From: Heterodontus francisci
Lineage: Eukaryota
Assembly: GCF_036365525.1 (NCBI RefSeq)
Contig: NC_090373.1
Coordinates: forward strand, 103,105,692 to 103,169,691
Length of the DNA stretch: 64,000 nucleotides
Direction: 5' to 3'
The position numbers were made by a program, and so were the translations under genes. Below the pieces are notes generated by a model. The model did not search any database. It was not told the origin of the DNA and saw only the letters and a program-made list of their open reading frames with translations. Position 1 is the first letter of the stretch; each line of letters opens with the position of its first letter. This document shows, one piece after another, positions 48,410 to 60,684 of this stretch.

Positions 48410-49515
48410 GAAAGACGGGCAGAAAGGACATGGAGACCATACACTCAGCGCAGGATCTATCGCCTAGGATGGGGCTACCTGGAGATAACCGAGAACCAGT
48501 GCCACAGGAGACTGTGCCTCCCCAGGAGGATGGTTACAGACATCTGTGACTTTGTTGCCAAAGACCTTGCACCTCGCAGCACTGGTCGCCATGCCCTGCC
48601 AGGGGCCATCAAAGTCACTCTGGCCTTGCACGTCTTTGCCTCTGGCTCCTTCCAAGGATCTGCTGTGGACCTTAGTGGCAACTTGCAAATGCTGGCACAC
48701 CATTGCATCTTGCTGGTCACTAGTGCCCGCTTTGCCAGAGCTGGACAATACATTCACTTCACAACAGACACGGCCTCTCGGGGACAGAGGGCATTGTGTT
48801 TCGCTACCATCGTTGGATTCTCCTGAATGTAGGGCATCATCGATTACACCCTTGCGGCCATCAAGGCACCGAATGACTGACCAGTGAGATTCATCAACAG
48901 GAAGGGCTTCCACTCCCTCAATGTTCATCTGGTCTGCAACCACATCAAGAGCTTCTTCCATGTGTGTGCTCACTTTCTTGGCAGTTGCCATGACTCTTTT
49001 ATCCTCCACCAGTCCATGCTGCCTCAGATCTTCACTACTCCAGAGTGTATGGATGGATCCTAGCAGACAAGGGATATCCCTTGAAGGCATGGCTACTGAT
49101 CCCTCTACAGAAGCCCTATACAGAGGCATAGAGGCGATACAACCAGAGCCACCTGCTCTCTAGGAGGAGCAGGCCATCAAGCCATTGGGCTTCTGAAATT
49201 GCAATTCAAGTGCCTACAACAGTTGGGTGGCACCCTCCAAATTCCTCCTGCAGGAGTCTTGATCATTGTGGTGTGCGACCTCCAGAGAGGTCTGTACCTT
49301 GAGGATGGTGAAGCCCTGGAAGGAGACAGCTCATTGGGGGAAGAGCAGAAGCAGGAAGTGAGAGAGGAGGGGGATGTGGAGCTGGAGACGATGACACAGA
49401 ACAGAGAGGTGCCCTGCTGCACGATGAGGTGGCCTGGCATGACTTGGAGTGTGAAGGGCTCATGAGGATATAATGAATGTCAGGGATCGTCTGATTCAGG
49501 AAAGTTTCAACTGAG
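48410..49515 (+). pseudogene. Harbinger (HARBI1-like) DDE transposase relic
   Basis: [51 protein letters not shown] and LLKLQFKCL; stops at ~48824-48832 and later frameshifts. Confidence 0.9.
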
Positions 49516-49599
49516 CCTCTCTGACCCAGGTTGAGGGCATGGCATTGAAGTGAGTCTGAGATAGCTGTGCTAACACATGCATGGAAGATACAGCCTGGA

Positions 49600-50935
49600 A
49601 CTTCTAATAACTTACTGAGTGTACAGAGAGGAAATCAGTTCACAAATGCAGTAGGAAGAAACCTCAGTGACCCATTTCGTGTTCCACGCGACGCAGTGTC
49701 CTCCGCACTCTGCCACTCCTGCGCAGTGCTCCCCTTGTGTCCTCAGAGGAAGTGGAGGCAGCCTGGCACTTGCCTCAGCTTGCGGCTGAGATGCATGTGG
49801 TGATCGTCTTTGTTGTGGAGGCGCACGTGGGAGCATCGCCAGAGACTGCTGCATCTGCACCATTGCAGGCACAGCCTGCATCACTGGCCCTGCTGCATAG
49901 ATGATCCCTCAGCTGGAGGGCCAAGGAGGCTGAGGATGCTGAGGGCACCCCATGAGGGATGGCACTCTCATCCTCCTCCATGACATCCTCAGCCCTTGCC
50001 GGGCGCACCAAATGCCTGGCGCAGGGCACCAGCAGGGTGCAAATGGTATCCCCTCCAAGGATCACTACCCCACCAGTGCCACTGACCGGTCCACGCTACC
50101 CAGTGTCTCATGAATCCTGTGGGCATCACTGTACAGTTCCTGCATTCACTCAAAGTGATTCCACATACGGCTGTCCAAGACTTTGGCAACTCTCTCTATC
50201 GAGGAGCTCAGGTGCACATAGCTTTGAGCTATGGTGGCACACATGAGCTGGATGGACTCCTCCATTCCCTGTCCAAGACCCTGCACTGCCTCAGGGGACT
50301 CTGACAGGTGGGAGCACATCTCCTACTGCTATTCATGGTAGAGCCTCCTTTCCTATGACTCCTGAGGTCCTGCACCTGTACCCAGCTGAGCAGGACTGTG
50401 ACTGTCCTCTCTCCTCCAATGGGAACTGACTACAGCTCCCTCTGCTTCTGGCACCTCCTCCTGCACACTAGGGCCATGCTCCTCACACAATGCGGCCATA
50501 CCTACACGCGTGTGAGGACTCACCCAGGTGAGAATGTCTGTGCTGTAAGGTGTGATGGTGCTTCTTCATCTCCTTCTTCTTCCTCGTGTAGCTCAGGTCC
50601 TGCGGAGAAAGAGGAGTGGGTACCTTACGTTGGACATCTGCACCTGTGGGATACACAAGCAATGATAATGAGAGCTAGCCTGGGAGAGCGAAAACTCCTG
50701 CAGTGCTGAAGCTACCCAATGTTACTTAGTGCATGACATGCTATTGGATGGGGTGGAGTGCACTGCACCCCTTTAATGACCACTTTGCCCTCTGTAATCA
50801 TCAGGTGCACCAGGAGCTTCAGTTTCGCCAAGCCTGACTGCCTCTTCTTCCATTATCATGACTATCTCCAATGCCTCCTGCTCCATGCGAGTTATTTGAT
50901 AAAGGAAGGGCACCCCTCCTCCCGTCTGAGCTATG
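49600..50935 (-). pseudogene. Harbinger ORF2 relic (downstream exons)
   Basis: TGGGVPFLYQITRMEQEALEI resembles exon 2 of the other ORF2 copies (TGGGVSYMVIFTPMEEEVLEL); acceptors gtatcccacag| at ~50645 and ctttctccgcag| at ~50600. Confidence 0.65.
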
Positions 50936-50939
50936 TACA

Positions 50940-51812
50940 AAACAAGCTGAAACAAAGACACTGACAGACTCCACGTCTCCAGCTCCACTTACCACAATAA
51001 GGTGTGACCATCCCTTATCTTATCAAAATGGGCTGAGATCAGAAGCCATCGTACAGCTCCTCAGGAATCAAAAACCTAAAGTCACATGGGCAAAAGTAAC
51101 ACTTTATGAATTTATCTTTAAAGGTAGCCTTTTTGGAGAACAAAGGGTGTCATCAAGTCATCAGAACATCAAGGTCATCAGTCTGGGATCTCCAACCACA
51201 GAAAGAACATCGAAAGCTATCTTTAAATCTAGCGCCAGGCTGAGAGAGAGAACGAGATCAATTCCAGCTAAGTCATTTGAACCATGCTGAGCCGAGTTGG
51301 CAAACAACTGCAGCAGAGAGGTAAGAGAGTGCCTTTTCAACAACTTCTTCATGTGTGAAAATTGAACTAAAAGATATCAGCACCATCTTCAAATTGAAGT
51401 GTTGACTGCCAAGCGACTTCAGCAACCCAACAAAGGCAAGACAACCAGCTAACAGGCCTGTAACTTGAAAACTTACCTTCAAAGAGGATTCCACAGGTTT
51501 TTCTTGAAACCCACAGACTTTTACACCTTGAACTCTTAACGTCTCTTACACTTTACCTTCTATCTATCTTTTCTTGAGTGTGCATGAGACAATGAATGCA
51601 TGCATGGGTGGTGTTGTGAACATTTCAGGTGATTAATGTTTAATAAATTTTTAATCTTCTGTTTTAAATTCAGGAGAAAACCTGTCACTGTCTGTTTATT
51701 TGACCAACAAAACATAGGGGCTGAAACGCTAATTTAAACAATACACTACCTGGGGTCAGTTGGGAGGTGATGAGTGGAAACCAGCCACGCCATTTTCCAC
51801 CTGTCCATAACA
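50940..51812 (+). mobile_element. Solo-LTR-like element (5' end unclear)
   Basis: Ends ...ccataaCA; AATAAA at ~51642; gaaaacctgtc and ggtcacatgg motifs resemble the other solo LTRs. Confidence 0.6.
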
Positions 51813-52590
51813 GTCACCTTATAAAATGGCTTTTGGAAATCCAAGTATACTACAACTACTGCCTCCCCTTTATCTACCCTACTAGTTACATCCTCAATAA
51901 ATTTGTCAAAGACAATTTCCCTTTCGTACCTGATCATGCTATGATTTTTTAAAATGCATTGTTCAGACTTCCTTAATAGATTCTAACATTTTGCCAATGA
52001 CTAAATTTTTGTTTTTTAATGTAATGTATTTTTGTTAAACATTTTGAATCATTTCTTTAAATGGTTACCTCTGTTTACTTACCACCATACCTTTTAGTCT
52101 ATTTATCTGATCAACCTTAGGCAGCTCTCCCATCATACCCATGTTATTGGCTTTGTTTAATGGTAAGGTTCTTGTTTTGGACTTGATTATGTCGCTCTCA
52201 AACTTAATATGGAATGCAATTGTACTACAATCACATTTTCCCAGAGCATCTTTTACTACAAGGTTACAAATTAACCCTGCCTTATTACACAATACTAGAT
52301 CTAAAATAGCTTTGTCTCTAGTTGGTTCCAGAACAGATTGTTCTAGGAAGCTGTCATGAAAGCATTCTGCAAATTCATCTTCTAGACTACCATTGCCCAT
52401 CTGATTTGTCCAGTCTATATGAATATTAAAGTCCCCACGATTATTGCATTGTTACAAGCTCCAATTATTTCTTGCTTAATACTTTGTCCAATGGTAGGTT
52501 GCCTATAAACTACTCTCCAGCATTTTCTGATTCTTATTATTCCTAATCCCCAACCATGCTGATCCTACTTCTTGATAATCTTTGCCAAGA
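51813..52590 (-). mobile_element. CR1 fragments (endonuclease/RT) with internal deletions
   Basis: Minus ORFs FLEQSVLEPTRDKAILDLVLCN and VYLDFQKPF. Confidence 0.85.
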
Positions 52591-52825
52591 TTAGTTGTAG
52601 TGTCAAACATCAACTCAACAAAATATTGATGTGCTAATATTACCCGCTATATCAGTTTCTAAAGAGTATTGGCATAGCTGGTTGAGGCTACCTGATCATA
52701 ATGGTGAAGGGTTCCAATATTAGGAGAGATAAGTTAAAAATTGGAAGCCAGAAATCAGAAGGAAAGTCAAAGAAAACACATGCAAGGTATTTATCTGACT
52801 TCATTGTCCTAGTGAGGAGCCTCAC

Positions 52826-52966
52826 CTGCGAGAAGCAGATTTTATAAATTCTGCCATTGGGTGCACTGTGGATGATTTGCTGAAGATTAGTTTTAAGCTG
52901 TCGGAAAATCATATGCTAGACATCCTTACGCTTCTGTTGGGCAAGGCTCCATGCTGGGAGCACAAG
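52826..52966 (-). pseudogene. Candidate 141-bp phase-0 exon with one premature stop
   Basis: Acceptor ataccttttccag| and donor CAG|GTGAGG; LVLPAWSLAQQKRKDV*HMIFRQLKTNLQQIIHSAPNGRIYKICFSQ; the other two frames are also closed. Confidence 0.5.
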
Positions 52967-54109
52967 CTGGAAAAGGTATTCATAACAGGCAATAAACACA
53001 CTTGTAAAACAAGTTACCACTGAAAGTCAAGGGAGGAAATGGCATAAATGCATTCAAGAGGCAACTAGCATCTGAAATTTAGCCTTCACTAATTTTAACG
53101 GAAAGAGATGTAAATGAAAACTGGTTGAATTTGTGGAGAAAATAATGTTTAGCCATGCTTAATGCTTCAATGAAGAGGCTTACCAACTAAAAATGGATTA
53201 AGCAGCACTGAAATGGTTGCAAAGGTTTTGTATTGGTCAAGGTCAATCATTGGAGGCTCTTCAAAATGTAACTAATAACATCAGAACAATGTGCTTATGT
53301 GCCTATGCCCTGAATCCACAATCTTCTAACTCAGCGGTGAGTGTGATACCACTAAACTAAAACAATATGTATCACAGCTTCAATTTTCCTATATGCATAT
53401 TTTTGTGCTATTTGGCTACTTTAATGTTCAAGCATTACCATCATGCTGTTCTTTAAGTCTTATATTTATTTATTTAATATTCTGCTCAATTCTTCTAATT
53501 CTTGATACAGTGTTCATTATCATATTGATGTACTCCCACCATGCCTCCTTCAGGACCTTTCTCACACACCAAAAATTAGTTACAATAATCCTTTACAGCA
53601 CAAATAAGAACTGGCATTGCTTGGTCACTCAGATGGCGCATTCCACAGTGTAAAGGGATATGGTGCAAAGGTGGGGAGGTAAGGTTAAGAAGAAAATAAA
53701 AAAAATGATGGACCACATGGTCTTGGCAGATTTTGTTTCCCAAAAATGGGCAGCTGTGAAGATTTCAACATGTCTGCATTTCATGGCTGGACTGGACCAC
53801 TTAACTCCATTTTTAACAACAGGAACAAGAGGACAGCAAGAGTAGTAGAGTTAAGAAGGTCGATTTTCATCTTCACCACCCATGCAGTAATCTGGCAAAG
53901 TGGATCACCTGCCCTTCATAAAGACTACTGCAGGCAGCGAAGACAAAACTGTACACCAAGGTATCACCAGTGAATGATGAAAAGGTTTATTTTCTTCTTG
54001 ACTCCCTGAGCTCCCAATTCAAATGTAGTACTTTACAAGCCTCCAATCAAATTTCTCACTCAGTGGGCCCAGAGAACAAAAACATCGTTCATTATTTATA
54101 TTCATTTAC

Positions 54110-54696
54110 CAACTGGTTAACTAAAGTAAAAAGGTTTTTGAGAGTGTTCTAAAATGTTCTGTAGCTTGCAGACTTTGTAAGTGTTTGTATATTTTACAGT
54201 TAATGTAGAAACTTCATTGAGTGATTGTATTGTCTTTGGGGTCGTCTGTGCTTGAAAACTGTAGATTTCTGTGTCATTTTCCACAAGTGATGACAAGTGT
54301 GGTAATTGCTAGTAGATAACATCTGTTCCAGCAAAATTCAAGTTGCAAGTTTCTATTCAGTTGCTGATGTTGGTTTCAAAACCATATCTTTACGACTGCC
54401 ACAGTTTACAGAGTCTTTAGGCAGCTGGAGTGCTTTGAGTTTGTTGAGAATATTCCACCAACTGTAACTGAATCTGGCAGAAGTTTGGGGTCACCGCAAT
54501 GTCTCGCTTCCAGCACAGGGCACACCTTTGAAGCTCTATGACTTGCACTGACCATGAAGTCGGAGTGTGCTCTGGCTGAAACAAGTTCAGCATAATCTGC
54601 CAACGGCCCTGCATCAGGGCTCCTGTGACTCACTTTTTTGTTTACAGTTCAGGAGGGTTTTTTTTCCCAACTCTCAGAGAGCCTGGCAAATATAAC
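54110..54696 (-). pseudogene. Candidate decayed large exon
   Basis: Acceptor gtttgtttaattttcag| and donor TTG|GTAAAT; best frame has 5 stops in ~195 codons. Confidence 0.35.
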
Positions 54697-56404
54697 CTGA
54701 AAATTAAACAAACCCACATTCACTAATGGGCTGGTTTAAAATTTCAGTGAGCATACAGACTGATCTGTTAGTTTTGATGATGCTGAAAATGACCACTATT
54801 GGTAAGGGTCACTTCCGAATGTCTACTCTCATTTTATGACCTTTTTTTCTTTTAAAATCTATTACAGCTGCCGTAAAACAATTGAATCTTTGATTCACTT
54901 TCCAAGAATATCTGTTTTCAAAGAGGTAATTGCACAGGAACTGGACACACTTTATATGTAGTTTAGAACATTCTTAAGACATTTCTATTGTGAAAACTTT
55001 TGGTGTGGGATGATTAGAATGTTTTGTGAGTAAAATGAATTAAAACAGTTATTAGGAAAATTTCCACCACACTTTAATAGCTGCAAGGATTGAGGTTCAT
55101 TTTTCTTGGGGGCAAATTGCTTGAGCCATGTTCTAGCGATAGCATACTTAGAACATTCTGGAGGGCAAGGGAGAATTTAAAATCTAATCTTTACAAAGCA
55201 ACAGTTATTTAGTTTGTGCTAAATTAGCACAGATGGTTATAGATCTTCAAAAGGAAAGATTTTCACCAAAAAGGACAGATATTGTATCACATGGGGTTTG
55301 TAACATTTTTGCTCTACAGAAACGACTGAAAAACATCTGTGAACTTTGATGTTGTCATTGCCAAGCAACCATTCCTTTATAAGTTAAAAAATATAAGTTT
55401 TCACTGTTAAAACAATAAGAAGGTCCATCTTAGGAAAACAAATGATTGTCAATGTTTCTTCAGTACTTACACAATGGAATAGCATACTGTCTTCACTCTG
55501 ATCACTGCTTTTATTTTATGTACATTTACAAATTCTTTGTATCTATGCCCATAAGCTGAACTGCTGAAACTTTAAACAGTGAAGCTCTTGATATACTAAA
55601 GGTCTCAGTCATTTCCTTAACTAGATTATTTAATTAAAATAAGGAGAGGTACATATGTTGGACCATTGCACAAGCATAACCAGCTGGTTCCTTTCTGCAC
55701 TCAAATCGGGGGAGATACTATCATCAGCACAAAAATAGAGGCCAGACTTCAGTTATGCTATTACTAACTGCTGCACTTTGCCCTCTACACAGACGCACAC
55801 ATAAAAAGTCAATAGGTTCAACATGCAATAGTGTCATTCTGAATTTCACCATTTACAGTGATATCCCAAACATGTGAAGACAGCAACTCCCACCGCCTGG
55901 GCCAAAAGTGAGTGGCGTGACCACGTGGGTCGGGGGATGGTGGGGGGGGGGGGGGGAGGTTGGGGGGGGGCGCAGAGTTCCACATGCTATATTGTCCGGG
56001 TCAGACAATTAAGGGCTGACAGGCAGGAGAGGTATCCAATGAGACTGGGTTGGTGGAGGGGGAAGTTCCAGAATGTCAATTGATGGTGCCATTTTTATAA
56101 GCCAGGCAGCAGCACAGGATAATGCAGCAACCATAGAGGGAGCAGTGAGAGTGCCCTGGCAGCAGTGCAAATTGAAGACATGGCCAAAACTCGATCAAGG
56201 GCCACCCCAAGACTCAGCATTGCCTCCCTGGAGGTGGTACTCCGGGCTGTAAGGGAATGGAGGGAATCCTATTCCCCCAGGACGGCAGGAGGAGACTTTT
56301 GCAGCAGAACAAGCAGGCCTTGCTGGAGGTTGCAGAGGAGTTCCGCAACCAAGGGGTTGTCCCTCGAAGCTGGCTGCAGTGCCAAAAAAGAAGCAATGAC
56401 CTGA

Positions 56405-56516
56405 AACGTTAACTCTGCTTCTCTCTCCACAGGTGCTGCCAGACCTGCTGAGTATTTCCAGCATTTCTTGTTTGTGTTTCAGATTTTCAGCATCCGCAGT
56501 ATTTTGCTTTTATTTT
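56405..56516 (+). mobile_element. Penelope terminal fragment flanked by a 10-bp duplication AATGACCTGA
   Basis: Reverse complement of ~10976-11086; duplication at 56395-56404 and 56517-56526. Confidence 0.85.
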
Positions 56517-56552
56517 AATGACCTGATGAAGTTTGGTAAGGTCAGCGTTTTT

Positions 56553-57720
56553 TGTTTATTTCATGGGATGTGGGCATCGCTGGTTAGGCCAGCATTTATT
56601 GCCCGTCCCTAATTTCCCTTGAGAAGGTGGTGGTGAGCTGCCTTCTTGAACCGCTGTAGTCCATGTGGGGTAGGTGCTGTTAGGAAGGGAGTTCCAGGAT
56701 TTTGACCCAGCGACAATGAAGGAACAGCGATTATATTTCCTAGTCAGGATGCAGGGGAACTTGCAGGTAGTGGTGTTCCCATGCGTCTGCCGCCCTTGTC
56801 TTTCTAGGTGGTAGAGGTCGTGGGTTTGGAAGGTGCTGTCGAAGGAGCCTTGGTGAGTTGATGCAGTGCATCTTGTAGATGGTACACACTGCTGCCTCTG
56901 TGCGTCAGTGGTGGAGGGAATGAATGTTTGTAGATGGGGTGCCAATCAAGTGGGCTGCTTTGTTCTGGATGGTGTCGAGCTTCTTGAGTGTTGTTGGAGC
57001 TGCACCCATCCAGACAAGTGGAGAGTATTCCATCACACTCCTGACTGTGCCTTGTAGATGGTGGACAGGCATTGGGGAGTCAGGAGGTGAGTTACTCATC
57101 ACAGAATTCCCAGCCTGTGACCTGTTCTTGTAGCCATGGTATTTATGTGGCTGCTCCAGTTCAGTTTCTGGTCAATGGTAACCCCCAGGATGTTGATAGT
57201 GGGGGATTCCGCAATGGTAATGCCATTGAATGTCATGGGAAGATGGTTAGATTCTCTCTTGCTGGAGATGATCATTTCCTGCCACTTCTGTGGCGCGAAT
57301 GTCACTTGCCACTTATTAATAATGAACATCCCCACTTCTGACCTTATGATGGAGAAAAGGCCACTGATGAAGTAGCTGAAGATGGTTGTGCCTAGGACTC
57401 CTGGAGCAATGTCCTGGGGCTGAGATGATTGTCCTCCAACAACCACAACCATCTTCCTTTGTGCTAGCTATGATTCCAACCAGTGGAGTGTTTTCCCCTT
57501 GATTCCCATTGACTTCAATTTTGCTAGGGCTCCTTGATGCTACACTCGGTCAAATGCTGCCTTGCTATCAAGGCAATCACTCTCACCTTACCTCTTAAGT
57601 TCATCAATGAGGTCAGGAGCTGAGTGAACTTGGCGGAACACAGACTGAGCATCAGTGAGAAGGCTGTTGCTGTTAAAGTGGCACTTGATAGCACTGTTGA
57701 CAACACCTTCCATCACTTTG
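56553..57720 (-). mobile_element. LINE-B 3' part with internal deletions
   Basis: Reverse-similar to 46700-48010, including the tail. Confidence 0.9.
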
Positions 57721-58225
57721 AGTAGCGCATAACATTCAGCTTGCAGCCATAAATGTAGCATAGGGGTGAATAAGAGGTTGGAGAAGGGGTTGTCCAGCTA
57801 ATTAGTGACAATGCCTAGGCTTCAGCATTGGCTGTCAGATGCATGTTAGTCCCTCTGAGCAGGACACTGGACAGACAGAGGTCACTCCTGCACAGCCAGT
57901 GCTGTTTGGCCACATGCAGGAGGCATCGCTGTGGCACAATGTTGGACAGCCAGGCTGCCACCAACATAGCAGATGTGCCTGTCTTTGATGAGTGACTAAC
58001 AATTCCTTGCAGGAGAAAAGAGCTGATAATACATGGGAGATGTCAAGAACTGGAGGTGGTGTGTCCTATATGGTCATCTTCACTCCCATGGAGGAAGAGG
58101 TGCTAGAGCTGGGTGGACTGGAGGCAGACCAGGCTATTACTGATGGTGAGATGGGTGTGGAGCCCCGAGAGAGTGAGCAGCCTAATAGATGGGCAGAAGA
58201 GACCCTCAGGCAAGCACGAAGCATT

Positions 58226-58923
58226 GGCTGGAATTTTACGCCACTCCAGTGAGCTGGATGGTGGCATGGGGATGGTGTAATATTGGGCAGGAGTCTCCAG
58301 GAGGTCTTTCCGACCCACTCCCGCCTCTCACCAACTTTACAGAGGTCGGTGGGGGGGGTGGGGGCAGGGGCGAGAAACGGTCTGCCCGCTCCAGGCCAAT
58401 TAAGGCCCTTAAGTGGCCACTTTCACCAGCCTCCACGGGTATTTTACCTGTGGCAAGCGGGCATTCTGGGGACATGAGAGGCCGCCCAGTGAAATCTGCC
58501 GGCCTTTCCGCGCGCCAGTGGGGGACCCTGGCAGTCGGGCACAGGGTGCCGGATTGAGGGACGCCCCCACCTCTCAACCCACCCCTGGGACCCAAGACGC
58601 CCCCTTCCCCCCCAAATGACCACCCTTGCCTCGCCGGGCCACATCTGATGTGCCCAGCGAGGCAAACCTTACCTACCTGGCTCCTGGCTCCATGTCCTCG
58701 GTCGGGCTGCAGTGCCACCATTGGCCACGCTCATTGTGGCACTGCTGGGACTAAGAGCTGCCGGCCCGATGATTGGGCAGCAACTCAATGAGGCTGGACC
58801 TCCTCCCCTCCCTCAAGAAGGTGGAGGTCCCGCCTCTGAACAAATAAAGCCCGGGGACGCGTAAAATGCGGGACGGATCCCCGGGCCGGGCAAAGTCCCA
58901 CCGCCTAATGTAAAATTCCAGTC
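58226..58923. mobile_element. Harbinger-type MITE with ATT TSD, in intron 2 of the ORF2 relic
   Basis: att|GGCTGGAATTTTAC ... GTAAAATTCCAGTC|att. Confidence 0.92.
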
Positions 58924-60684
58924 ATTGTGTCTATGTGTGCACCACTACTCACATAGAGCTCCAGATGATGAATAGTCAGAAGGATGTGTTGTAAAGCGTA
59001 AAGCCCTCTCATCAGTCTTCTCTCGCTTGCAGGTCATAGACAAGAGCGGCCAGTTACCGATGCTGAGCAAGAGCCCTCCACCTCTAAGAAGGAGCAGGAG
59101 ACCTCAGAGTGCAGCATCACATCATTCTCCTGCACCCTCCACCAGCACAGATACTCTCACGTTGGTGGGTAGTCATGTGCCGTTAGTACTAGAGTCACAA
59201 TCTTGTGAGCACAGCACAGACATGCTCAAGCAGCTGATGGAGGCAGTGACAGCTGAGGCCAGTCACACTCTGAGAACTGTGGGAGACCATGGCGATGTTC
59301 AGCTTCAGGCTGATAACATGTCTCTGGAGTCATCAACAAGGCGACAAATGCTGGAGCTGCAGCTTGAGGTGTGGGAACATCTGGTGCAGCTTGCAGAGGC
59401 TATGTGCACCCTTGCACGGATGATGGAGGAATGCATTCAGTCCATAAGTGCAGCCATCACTCTGGCATGTGCACACATGGCGTCCTCCATTGAGAGACTG
59501 ATGATCCTCATGGGCAGCCATATCCAGCAGACCACCTTGTGGATGCTGGAGATGCACTTAGACCTGCATGTCATCGCCACCTCCATGATCTCTGTGGAGC
59601 AATGGCTGGGCGAGAGGGGGACAAGAGACCTGGAGTTATTGCCAGGCCTTCAAACTCCTCAGATGAGCAAGGAGGGTGACGTATGCCCTGAAAGGGAAGA
59701 GGAGCAGATGTCTGCAGCTTCTGGGGACTCCTCTCAGGGTGCTACTGGTGTGGACAGTGATTCCTCAGCTCCTCTGACAGTGACACTAGCACCTCACAAA
59801 ACTGTAGAGACAGAGGAGGCTCCTGCACCTGTGAGGAGGCCCTCAATTTGCCGGGGCCCTCCAGGCCTCAGGCAGCAAGAGGACAATTGTCACGGTCTTC
59901 AAAAGCCATGGAGGAGAAAGGTCAGCAGCCTGCCTCCACCTCAGCTGATAGCTCAGTGGAAGCACCATGTAGGAGCACCCGCAAGGGTGTGAAAAAGACC
60001 ACCTAGCGACACTTGGGTTGCATGTGGTTAGATCCTGATGTTAGATGTCGCTCTGATATGTACTTGTCTGAAATGAATTGTGAAATGATGCACCACTGAA
60101 AAATCCTTTACTTTATTTAAACAATACTGAGCCATTTACAGTTCAATGGCTCCTGCAAAGTGTATGATGGGCAGGAACATACCGAGTGAGGTCACAGCAT
60201 TTCCCATAGTGCCACCTCATGTGATGACAGCTCCTGGAAAATGGTAAAAGTTTTAATCAGTGCTGAATTGGATGCTTTTCCTCTATTAAATTATAAAGTG
60301 CCTCTTCATATTATAAACACCAATGCTCAATCTTTGGCCAGGAACTTCCAATAAGGAAGAGCATTCAGAGGGAGCACTGGTCAGAACTGCAAACCTTAAT
60401 TTTCCATCTTTTAATTTGAATGAACAGAAAATTAACAGCTGTGAGCCTGTGATTTCCAGATCAGCACTTGGGGGATTTAACCATAATGTTTACATTTTTG
60501 AATGTGGTGTTTTGTGCGTTCTTATGTGTTACACATATTTGTCCTGTCTTTTGCCAAAAGCAGTACTTCTTTCCCCAAGATGTGTAAGGTTGCACAACAT
60601 GCATAGGTACAGGAGTAGGCCATTCAGCTCCACAAGTTTGTTGTGCTGTTCCATTAGATCTGTATTTTAACTTCATTGATCTAC

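Larger units (their letters stand above)
44515..50935. mobile_element. Decayed autonomous-type PIF/Harbinger transposon (left TIR, transposase +, Myb/SANT ORF2 -), with nested SINE and LINE
   Basis: att|GGTCTGAATTTTC at 44515; caattgaggccaattaa motif shared with the MITEs; convergent two-ORF layout; right end lost at an LTR. Linking the left end to the ORFs is inferred. Confidence 0.7.
55880..60050 (+). mobile_element. Harbinger ORF2 (Myb/SANT) relic with three exons, interrupted by a Penelope fragment, LINE-B and a MITE
   Basis: MAKTRSRATPRLSIASLEVVLRAVRE...WLQCQKRSNDL; donor aag|gtcagc at ~56540; acceptors ccttgcag| at ~58012 and cgcttgcag| at ~59032; last exon is ORF 59027-59992. Confidence 0.8.

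Noticed and set aside
48464-49129. 221-aa minus-strand ORF
   Set aside because: Antisense shadow of the Harbinger transposase.
48230-49515. Possible host HARBI1 gene
   Set aside because: Multiple stops and frameshifts, and a convergent ORF2 relic next to it, indicate a dead transposon rather than the domesticated gene.
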